This document shows positions 1 through 7,346 of a stretch of DNA of 64,000 nucleotides, piece after piece. How positions within the stretch are numbered: position 1 is the stretch's first letter; each line of letters opens with the position of its first letter. The position numbers and the translations under genes are program-made. Source of the DNA: a virus (lineage: Duplodnaviria > Caudoviricetes); IMG/VR virus record IMGVR_UViG_3300037418_002332; one strand, 5' to 3'. A model generated the notes under the pieces. It was not told where the DNA came from, did not search any database, and saw only the letters and a list, made by a program, of their open reading frames with translations.

Positions 1-161
1 ACGACGGTTCAAGCTTTACGATTTACAGTTCGACCGTTGTTGGCTATACGCAGCGCGGCGCACAGTTCGTGAAGTATCCTACACGTTTCACTGACGTTAG
101 GATGAAGGATGGTTCCAAGATGGGTATGCCGTCCGAGGAGAAGATGATCAAGGAGTTCTAA
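1..161 (+). CDS. 3' end of a hypothetical protein (partial)
   Basis: Open frame from base 3 (...DGSSFTIYSSTVVGYTQRGAQFVKYPTRF...KMIKEF) ends in TAA 159-161, overlapping the next ATG. Confidence 0.6.
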   Translation, partial: DGSSFTIYSSTVVGYTQRGAQFVKYPTRFTDVRMKDGSKMGMPSEEKMIKEF

Positions 162-616
162 TGAAAGTTTCTGACGTCCCGTTCGATAAATTATACGTCG
201 GGACGTCAGTTATTTCAGCCTTGGGAACTTATGGCACAATCACAAGCGTATCACATAATCCAAATTATGCCCCGAATGATCCTGATGGAGATTATGTTTC
301 CATCGATTGGACCAACGGTGGTAAATCTACTCACCGTCATTACATGCTTGATAAGGTAACATTGAATATGGCAATCGAATTTGTGAATAACAGCTTGTTC
401 ATGAATGCTGATAGATACAACAGCCTTAAGAAATACGACAATATGTATCTATCACATTTTGATTTGGTTGCTATCGTTTTCGACAAACCAACCCATGGCA
501 TGGATGGTGTCAAAGTTTTGAAGTGTCGGTTTTGGGACACCAAAACTCATAAAGAAGTCATTGACTTCTCTGAATTTAAAATGCTTTGTGATCAATACAT
601 TTTAAATGATGATTGA
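161..616 (+). CDS. hypothetical protein
   Basis: 151 aa ORF, TAATG-coupled to the upstream gene, preceded by aggag. Confidence 0.7.
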   Translation: MKVSDVPFDKLYVGTSVISALGTYGTITSVSHNPNYAPNDPDGDYVSIDWTNGGKSTHRHYMLDKVTLNMAIEFVNNSLFMNADRYNSLKKYDNMYLSHFDLVAIVFDKPTHGMDGVKVLKCRFWDTKTHKEVIDFSEFKMLCDQYILNDD

Positions 617-641
617 CTTTTCAATCGAACAAGCCTAAATA
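613..641 (+). promoter_or_regulatory. putative sigma70-type promoter overlapping a T4-type late promoter motif (CTAAATA 635-641)
   Basis: TTGACT-N17-TAAATA upstream of nadM; CTAAATA recurs before other genes in the window. Confidence 0.45.
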
Positions 642-647
642 AAATCG

Positions 648-698
648 CGTTGGGATAGACCTGACGTTTTCAAAAAATCTAAAAGGAGTTTTTAGATG
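648..698 (+). promoter_or_regulatory. two-hairpin mRNA leader (GG-AUAGA-CC hairpin plus SD-in-loop hairpin), copy 1
   Basis: CGTTGGG-ATAGA-CCTGACG stem-loop, then TCTAAAA-GGAGT-TTTTAGA whose last base is the A of ATG. Confidence 0.6.
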
Positions 699-1754
699 CC
701 TCGCATAAATCAATACGACTACGCAGTTTTCATGGGACGATTTGAACCATACCACGATGGACATCATACGATCGTCCTACGTGCATTGGAAGTTGCTGAC
801 AAACTAATCTTGGTAATGGGTTCGGACAACCGTCCACGCACTATCAAAAATCCATTCAGTTCGGATGAACGACGCGCCATGATCATGGCAGCATTGACAC
901 CTGAACAGATCGAACGTGTGTATTTTGTTGCGCAAGAAGATTACTATTACAGTGACACCAAGTGGCTGGAAAGTGTTCAGAAGAAAATCCAGACCATCGT
1001 TTGGGAAAAGTTCAATCCTGATCCAATCAAAATCACTCTGATTGGACACAAAAAGGACAATAGTTCATATTACATTGATCTTTTCCCTCAATGGGCCTTT
1101 ACGGATGTGCAAAATCATAATATGCTGTCCGCTACAAATATTCGTAACGCAATGTTCAACGGTAAAGTTGAAGGTTGGGGACCAGCGTTATGGAATCAAG
1201 TTCCTGAAGGCACACATGCTTATCTCGAACAACTTCGAATATCAAAGATCAATGAGTTCGTTTCACTGAATCGTGAATGGGCTTTCATTGAGAAATACAA
1301 GGAACAGTGGAAGTCTGCTCCATATGCACCAACCTTTGTGACTTGTGATGCGACTGTTATCCAGTCAGGTCACGTATTGCTGGTGAAGCGTCGGGCTGAA
1401 CCTGGCAAAGGTCTTTGGGCTGTTCCTGGTGGGTTCTTGAATCCAGGCGAACGAATCAAAGATGGTATTTTCCGTGAGTTGAAGGAAGAAACCAAAATTG
1501 ACGTTCCTGAAAAGGTTCTTCGTGGTTCGCTCCGTGGAATCAAAGTGTTTGACCATCCGGATCGTTCATTGCGTGGACGCACTATCACGCACAATGCTTT
1601 GATCGTTCTACCGAATGGTTCACTGCCAAAAATCAAAGGCAGTGATGACGCAGAAGTTGCCAAGTGGACACCACTTGGTGAAGTGAATTCTTCAAATATG
1701 TTTGAGGATCATTATGATATGGTTCAAATTCAAAAAGATCTCGTAACTGGCTGA
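696..1754 (+). CDS. nadM: bifunctional NMN adenylyltransferase / Nudix ADP-ribose pyrophosphatase (NadM-Nudix)
   Basis: N-terminal GRFEPYHDGH (HxGH-type) nucleotidyltransferase motif and SATNIR; C-terminal Nudix box GGFLNPGERIKDGIFRELKEET and GSDDA. Confidence 0.93.
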   Translation: MPRINQYDYAVFMGRFEPYHDGHHTIVLRALEVADKLILVMGSDNRPRTIKNPFSSDERRAMIMAALTPEQIERVYFVAQEDYYYSDTKWLESVQKKIQTIVWEKFNPDPIKITLIGHKKDNSSYYIDLFPQWAFTDVQNHNMLSATNIRNAMFNGKVEGWGPALWNQVPEGTHAYLEQLRISKINEFVSLNREWAFIEKYKEQWKSAPYAPTFVTCDATVIQSGHVLLVKRRAEPGKGLWAVPGGFLNPGERIKDGIFRELKEETKIDVPEKVLRGSLRGIKVFDHPDRSLRGRTITHNALIVLPNGSLPKIKGSDDAEVAKWTPLGEVNSSNMFEDHYDMVQIQKDLVTG

Positions 1755-1797
1755 GGATAGACCAAGCCAATAATTTTGCAAAGGAGTTTTGCACATG
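1748..1797 (+). promoter_or_regulatory. two-hairpin mRNA leader, copy 2
   Basis: TGGCT-ga-GG-ATAGA-CC-a-AGCCA stem-loop, then TGCAAA-GGAGT-TTTGCA one base before ATG 1795. Confidence 0.6.
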
Positions 1798-3186
1798 CAT
1801 AAAATTTTCGAAACAATTATCATCGACACGGACAGCTACAAATTCAGTCACTGGCTTCAATATCCTGAAGGCACGACCAAAATTTGGTCATACATTGAAC
1901 CACGCGTTGATGGCGTTGAAATGGTGAATTTCGGCCTTCAGGCTTTCGTTAAAGAATATCTGTCTGAACGAATCACCAAGGCGGACGTTGATTTTGCTGA
2001 ACGTGTCATCACTGCTCACGGATTGCCTTTCAATCGTATGGGTTGGATGACAATCGTCAATAAACATGACGGATATCTGCCAATTCTTATTGAATCCTTG
2101 CCAGAAGGAACCGTGTTTAATTCACACAATTGCCAGGTTCAGGTTGTCAATACGGATGATGAATGTTTCTGGTTGGTATCATACATCGAAACTGCATTGA
2201 TTCGTGCTCTTTGGTATCCTTCAAGTGTTGCGACAATTTCACGCAACATCAAAAAGGTTCTGAAGAAATACTGGGATTTGACTTCAGATGCTCCAATCGA
2301 AAGCATTGAGTTCAAGCTTCATGACTTTGGTTCACGCGGTGCAAGCTCACAGGAAACCGCAAAGCTTGGTGGTATGGCTCATCTTGTGAATTTCAAGGGA
2401 ACTGATACGGCTGTTGCTTTGATTGGTGCAATGCAGTGGTATGGTGATATCAACAATCCAGAAAATAACATGCCTGGTTTCTCAATCCCAGCTTCAGAAC
2501 ACTCAACAATCACCTCATGGGGTGTTGAGCACGAAGAAGATGCTTACAGAAACATGGTTCAGAAGTATGCTGGTGAAGGCAAGATTTATGCTTGTGTTTC
2601 TGACTCATATGATTTCCATCGTGCTGTCGATGACATCTGGGGGACTGATCTGAAGGATGAAATTTTGAAGGCTGGTGGAACATTGGTTGTTCGTCCTGAC
2701 TCAGGTGAACCAGTCACTGAAGTTCTATTTGCGTTGAATTCACTGTACAAAAACTTCGGTGGTGAAGTCAACTCAAAGGGATACAAGGTTTTGAATCCTT
2801 CAGTTCGTTTGATTCAAGGTGATGGCATTGATCCAACCAAGCTTGAAGAAATTCTATATGTGATGTATCAGGATGGTTGGGCAATTGACAACATTGCTTT
2901 CGGTATGGGTGGTGGGCTTCTACAAAAAGTTAATCGTGACACCTTCAGCTATGCTCAAAAGGCATGTGCTAAAGAAGTTGGTGGTGAAATCACCAACGTG
3001 TTCAAGAAACCCGCAACCGATAGCAAAAAGGCCAGCAAGAAGGGCATTCTATCAACCTATCGTGAAAATGGTAAGTGGGTGACCACCAATGACCGAATGA
3101 AGAATGAAATGATTCCGATCTTCAAGCATGGTCAACTTTTGAATGAAACCACCTTTGACGAAATCAGGGAACGTGCAAAACTATGA
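1795..3186 (+). CDS. nadV: nicotinamide phosphoribosyltransferase (NAMPT)
   Basis: DTDSYKFSH, LHDFGSRG, SIPASEHS, VSDSYD, LVVRPDSGEP, IQGDGI, FGMGGGLLQKVNRDT motifs; start moved to ATG 1795 after GGAG. Confidence 0.95.
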   Translation: MHKIFETIIIDTDSYKFSHWLQYPEGTTKIWSYIEPRVDGVEMVNFGLQAFVKEYLSERITKADVDFAERVITAHGLPFNRMGWMTIVNKHDGYLPILIESLPEGTVFNSHNCQVQVVNTDDECFWLVSYIETALIRALWYPSSVATISRNIKKVLKKYWDLTSDAPIESIEFKLHDFGSRGASSQETAKLGGMAHLVNFKGTDTAVALIGAMQWYGDINNPENNMPGFSIPASEHSTITSWGVEHEEDAYRNMVQKYAGEGKIYACVSDSYDFHRAVDDIWGTDLKDEILKAGGTLVVRPDSGEPVTEVLFALNSLYKNFGGEVNSKGYKVLNPSVRLIQGDGIDPTKLEEILYVMYQDGWAIDNIAFGMGGGLLQKVNRDTFSYAQKACAKEVGGEITNVFKKPATDSKKASKKGILSTYRENGKWVTTNDRMKNEMIPIFKHGQLLNETTFDEIRERAKL

Positions 3187-3383
3187 CACAAGATAATGTA
3201 TTGACTTTCTTTCAATGGTACTTTACAATCGGTATGATAATGCTATTGTTTGGTATCTTCGTCGAAGGAAAAAAGTTGGAGAAGTACGGAACGTTCCGCG
3301 TGTTTGTAACGTTTTGTACATATCTGATGTTTTATCCATTGGCGATCTATTTGAATTGGAAGCACAATGCAAAGCGAAAATGA
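3183..3383 (+). CDS. small membrane protein
   Basis: 66 aa, two hydrophobic segments, ATGA overlap with nadV. Confidence 0.6.
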   Translation: MTQDNVLTFFQWYFTIGMIMLLFGIFVEGKKLEKYGTFRVFVTFCTYLMFYPLAIYLNWKHNAKRK

Positions 3384-3816
3384 TTTGAATCCTCGGGAAG
3401 TCGTGGAAAAGGATGGTAAAACCAAAACCATAGTCTACGACTTCTTTAAACCATTATGGGATGAAAACACAAAACAGTGGCTTTTGCAGTCAGTGAAAAC
3501 TGGTCATCAATACTGGTTTTATGAATTGACCAATCAACCTGTCAATTCACGATTTGAATCATACCATGAAGAATATCATCGCAATTTGGATGAAGCTTCA
3601 TTGTATCATATGACGCCTGTGTTTGCAACTCATTGGCTCAAAATGCTTTTGTATTATGAATCAATGGAATATGCTGACAACAAGCGGTTGCAATTTTTGA
3701 AAGATAACCTGTTGCCTGATCTTTCACCAAAGGAATCAGCCAAGGTTTCAAAAAAGTCAGAACAAGTCTACCAGTCAGCTTATCCTGAATTTTTCACGAA
3801 ATTCAATGACTGGTAA
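3367..3816 (+). CDS. hypothetical protein
   Basis: 149 aa ORF in operon tiling. Confidence 0.6.
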   Translation: MQSENDLNPREVVEKDGKTKTIVYDFFKPLWDENTKQWLLQSVKTGHQYWFYELTNQPVNSRFESYHEEYHRNLDEASLYHMTPVFATHWLKMLLYYESMEYADNKRLQFLKDNLLPDLSPKESAKVSKKSEQVYQSAYPEFFTKFNDW

Positions 3817-4021
3817 TTCTGATCTTGCCCAATATATAAATGATCATTATGGCAGATGTAAGGTGAGTCCTTGCGTCTGCCTTAAAACAGGTCCATGGCT
3901 GGGCACGTTGTGTCTGAATTGGCAACCAATCGGATGCGACAACTACGAACAACTCAAACACAAAATGAAGGAGCAATACCCATGCATCATGGAAAAGGCG
4001 GCAAAGGAAGAAGAAAAGTAG
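3806..4021 (+). CDS. hypothetical Cys-containing protein
   Basis: 71 aa ORF overlapping its neighbour, several Cys. Confidence 0.5.
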   Translation: MTGNSDLAQYINDHYGRCKVSPCVCLKTGPWLGTLCLNWQPIGCDNYEQLKHKMKEQYPCIMEKAAKEEEK

Positions 4022-4058
4022 GTTCAAAGAAGCGCAGGGCAAGACAAAATAACAAGCA

Positions 4059-4334
4059 ATGATTTCAATCGAAGAACTGGTTGGACTTCCGGAGTTTATA
4101 GAAAACCCCGAATCAAAAATGTTAAAGCGTAAGGCAAACGCTGAATTTGACATGCAGTTCTTCGATCTATTGCCACAAACAATACGTGACATCTTAAATG
4201 AATCCGAAGTTCCTGTTACTGGACAAATGGCAGCAAACATCTTGCGCACCAAAAAGTTCAATGAGCAGGAAGCAGCAAAGGAAATTAGGAGAATAATTAA
4301 TGAGTTCAAAGCAAACTATTTTCGATCAATATGA
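4059..4334 (+). CDS. hypothetical protein
   Basis: 91 aa ORF in tiling. Confidence 0.55.
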   Translation: MISIEELVGLPEFIENPESKMLKRKANAEFDMQFFDLLPQTIRDILNESEVPVTGQMAANILRTKKFNEQEAAKEIRRIINEFKANYFRSI

Positions 4335-4593
4335 TATTGACGATATCCGAGATATGTTCACCTATGGCTGGTCAACACCAGACGGTTGGGAAAAGGTCAG
4401 TGAGGAATTTACTGGCTACGACGAAGGCAGCGTGACGACTGAATATGTTTACAAGCATATTGATTCAGACCGTTATTTTGCATATGATCACGTCTCAAAT
4501 TCATGGGCTGATTACGATGAACCATTCGAATTGGATGATGTTCGTGAAGTCAAGCCTGTCCAAGTAACTGTTACAAAATATGAGTCAATCTGA
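4300..4593 (+). CDS. small acidic protein, S/D-S-W...V.P..V family member
   Basis: VSNSWADY...VREVKPVQVTVTKYE resembles the ORFs at 13743, 14126 and 15599. Confidence 0.6.
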   Translation: MSSKQTIFDQYDIDDIRDMFTYGWSTPDGWEKVSEEFTGYDEGSVTTEYVYKHIDSDRYFAYDHVSNSWADYDEPFELDDVREVKPVQVTVTKYESI

Positions 4594-5434
4594 GCTTGAT
4601 TTCGAAATTCATCGATCTGAGCTTGATAATTCTGTAAATTACAGTTTTGAATATGAAGGATCATTGGTCGAGTGTCGTTTTGTTCAACGCGACACCGACC
4701 AGATCATTGCATATCTCTCAAGCCAAAATGGGTGCAACAAGTCTTGTAGATTTTGTTGGTTGACGCAAACAGGTCAAACATCAATGGTTGATGTCACACC
4801 TGAATTGTTTGTTGCACAACTTGATACAATTCTTTGGCAAAATCAAGAAAAGATCAAACCTGGCATTCGTTTGAATGTAAATTTCATGGCTCGTGGTGAG
4901 CCATTGGCTAACGAACATATCATTGGTAATTGGCCATATTTGGCAGGATTGTTGTTGGATTGTGCAACTCTTTGGGGTGTAAATCCAGATAATGTGAAAT
5001 TGAATCTTTCAACGATCATTCCTCGGGAATTGATCAACGAAATGACAATTCAACATATTGTTGAGAATGAACCTCACACTTGGATTTATTGGTCATATTA
5101 CAGCCATCAAATGGCATTTCGTAAACGTTGGATGCCAAAAGCTGCGAATGTATCAGATTGCCTTGAGTTTCTGGGCAATTATCCGAGAGTGGTTATTCAT
5201 TCTGCCTTCATTCATCAAGAGAATGATCAAATCAAAAATCTGAAACAGATGTTGTATGACCATCCAAATTGGAAAATGAATATCGTTCGTTACAATCCTT
5301 ATTCAGAAGCCCAAGGCGAAGAAGCACACAATATCGATGAGATACAACAGGAACTGGCTGAATTTGCTGACACACACATCGTACCAAGAGTTGGTTTCGA
5401 TGTGAAAGCATCTTGCGGTATGTTCCTCAAATAA
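4580..5434 (+). CDS. RlmN/Cfr-like radical SAM protein
   Basis: SSQNGCNKSCRFC (CxxxCxxC), MARGEPLAN, RKRWMP, NIVRYNP and C-terminal DVKASCG align with RlmN family motifs. Confidence 0.85.
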   Translation: MSQSELDFEIHRSELDNSVNYSFEYEGSLVECRFVQRDTDQIIAYLSSQNGCNKSCRFCWLTQTGQTSMVDVTPELFVAQLDTILWQNQEKIKPGIRLNVNFMARGEPLANEHIIGNWPYLAGLLLDCATLWGVNPDNVKLNLSTIIPRELINEMTIQHIVENEPHTWIYWSYYSHQMAFRKRWMPKAANVSDCLEFLGNYPRVVIHSAFIHQENDQIKNLKQMLYDHPNWKMNIVRYNPYSEAQGEEAHNIDEIQQELAEFADTHIVPRVGFDVKASCGMFLK

Positions 5435-5508
5435 TTCTTCTACTCGGGAGAAGATTTCGCTTTACTTGACGACCAATTTCACCTATAATGAATGTATAAG
5501 GTGAAACG
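5435..5508 (+). promoter_or_regulatory. early promoter cassette with upstream stem-loop
   Basis: TCTTCT-actcggg-AGAAGA hairpin; TTTACT(5461)-N17-TATAAT(5484); leader TGTATAAGGTGAAACG shared with 26242. Confidence 0.75.
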
Positions 5509-5521
5509 AAGGAAAAGTGGA

Positions 5522-5749
5522 ATGTCTCCCGTTGAACTCTTCGGTAAGATTGAAGCTCCCGACGCCGAAACGGTGATGTTCGATCACTGCATCCCTCTCG
5601 CGAAAATCATCGCAAACCTCAAAGAATTCGAAGCTTGGATGTCTGAACTTCAAACCAAGTATTCACCCGCCAAGTGGACATATTCGTCCCAGAAAATTCG
5701 TAACTATCAAGCGATTTCGGTCGTAATCAAGAACGTTGGAGAAATCTAA
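5522..5749 (+). CDS. hypothetical early protein
   Basis: ORF after early promoter; the track start at 5492 lies in the conserved leader, so ATG 5522 is preferred. Confidence 0.6.
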   Translation: MSPVELFGKIEAPDAETVMFDHCIPLAKIIANLKEFEAWMSELQTKYSPAKWTYSSQKIRNYQAISVVIKNVGEI

Positions 5750-6153
5750 TGGACACCGCTACGTGGATTTTCAATCAGGCTGTGATGTATCGTCATATCT
5801 TCACTTTCGGCGGTCAGAAGTTCGAAAAGGAAAAGTGGTTCGCTGAAATGGAGAAGCATGGTGTCCATGGTACGGATGCTCTTGAAACACTTCTGAAGGC
5901 TGTCGATGAAGCCATTGAGGAAAATGAACCTCGTCGCAAGTTCGTCGTCTCCTACATGCACTATTCTGGTGAGAAGTATGGTCTTCTCACCTCAAAGCAG
6001 ATGTGGTGGGTTTATCTGAAGGCCGATGGGTTTGGCAAGCGTTCTGCCTATGACCTGCGTCGTCTCAATGATGGTTGGGATTGGTCTCATATTCGGGACT
6101 CCACGATCGACGGCTGGAAGGCAATGGAACGCGAACTTAGGAAGCATATCTAA
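5749..6153 (+). CDS. hypothetical early protein
   Basis: 134 aa, TAATG coupling, ggaga RBS. Confidence 0.7.
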   Translation: MDTATWIFNQAVMYRHIFTFGGQKFEKEKWFAEMEKHGVHGTDALETLLKAVDEAIEENEPRRKFVVSYMHYSGEKYGLLTSKQMWWVYLKADGFGKRSAYDLRRLNDGWDWSHIRDSTIDGWKAMERELRKHI

Positions 6154-6164
6154 GGAGAAAATGT

Positions 6165-6437
6165 ATGAGTTCATATCGCGAAGCTGACGAAATCATCAAC
6201 GATCTCAAGGTTCAAACGAACCATGACTACAGTGCTCATCGCGATGAAATCGAGCAGTTTTATGACGATTACCTGATGAATGGTAATTGGGACGGAACGC
6301 TTGAATTCGAAAGTGGCATGCCTGCTCTCCGCTTCATCCAGGAAGATGAGTTCGATCAGCATCGATCCGATGATATGCCAGAGGAAGATGAGGACAACAT
6401 CTACTCGGCCGGACATTATGTCTGGATATTGGAATGA
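6165..6437 (+). CDS. acidic hypothetical protein
   Basis: 90 aa, aaggag RBS. Confidence 0.7.
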   Translation: MSSYREADEIINDLKVQTNHDYSAHRDEIEQFYDDYLMNGNWDGTLEFESGMPALRFIQEDEFDQHRSDDMPEEDEDNIYSAGHYVWILE

Positions 6438-6479
6438 AACAAAGGCTTTTCATCCTTGCTCTGGTCATAGCTGCTCTAT

Positions 6480-7010
6480 GTGCGGGAAGCTATGCTCAGA
6501 AAACATGGATGGAAATGCAATACGATAAACAAAATTCAATTTATTGTTATCGGAGATATTGATATGCAACTTATTCGTGAAAATTTCATTCTCGGTAACA
6601 TCTATCGCACGGTTGGTGGCGATTTGGTGAAGCTCGTCAAGGTTTCCAATGAAGGCACGTCCTATGAGACTATGGCTTGTGCCAAAGGCATTCATCGCTA
6701 CACTCAGCGCGATTATGGTCGAGTGACGGCAACCGACAGCAAGAAGCCTGATAGCAACAATCTCATTCCATTGTATCGTGTTGTTGCAGATCATTACGAT
6801 GTTCCTCATCGTTGGTCGGATGAAATCGAACGCGATGACAAAGAAAATGAAGCCAAACGTCTCCATCAGAAATTGTTCATGATTGATCATGTCAACGAAT
6901 GGGGCAAAGCTTGCCCGAAGTCGCTCAAAGATGAGGTGCGTAAAATCAAAAAGGAACTTCCGAATTGGAAGACCCTGATGATTGATTGGGTCAAAAACAA
7001 AGTCGCTTAA
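6480..7010 (+). CDS. hypothetical protein
   Basis: 176 aa ORF; true start uncertain. Confidence 0.6.
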   Translation: MREAMLRKHGWKCNTINKIQFIVIGDIDMQLIRENFILGNIYRTVGGDLVKLVKVSNEGTSYETMACAKGIHRYTQRDYGRVTATDSKKPDSNNLIPLYRVVADHYDVPHRWSDEIERDDKENEAKRLHQKLFMIDHVNEWGKACPKSLKDEVRKIKKELPNWKTLMIDWVKNKVA

Positions 7011-7052
7011 CAAAATTTCTAACAAAATCTTCGTTGATTGAAAGAATTTTGC

Positions 7053-7081
7053 TTTACTTTATCAATTCAATAGCTTATGAT
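7053..7081 (+). promoter_or_regulatory. early promoter
   Basis: TTTACT-N17-TATGAT upstream of the rII operon. Confidence 0.7.
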
Positions 7082-7107
7082 GGGTTATTGAGTTGATGAG
7101 GTTTGCT

Positions 7108-7338
7108 ATGAATATGAACGTTAACGTCCTGTTCGCTGATCCGAACTTTGACAACGTTAAGGTAAATGCGGAACAGCGTATGAAGCTCTTTGACGCTCTT
7201 CCGGCTGAGCTTCGCGCTTTTGTGAATGAGTATCACCATCTTGGTGAGGTTTGGTCCTACTTTCGGATCGAAAACTTCAATGTCAAGAAGACCTTGAAGA
7301 CCCTCAAGGAACAAGATTTCTATTATCCCGCAATCTGA
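7108..7338 (+). CDS. hypothetical protein
   Basis: GAGG RBS 6 nt before ATG 7108. Confidence 0.6.
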   Translation: MNMNVNVLFADPNFDNVKVNAEQRMKLFDALPAELRAFVNEYHHLGEVWSYFRIENFNVKKTLKTLKEQDFYYPAI

Positions 7339-7346
7339 GGTGAATC

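Noticed and set aside
5492-5521. Shared N-terminus MYKVKR of ORFs 5492 and 26241 as a protein targeting signal
   Set aside because: It comes from the conserved promoter leader: the ATG lies only a few bases after the -10 box with no RBS, so the real starts are downstream.
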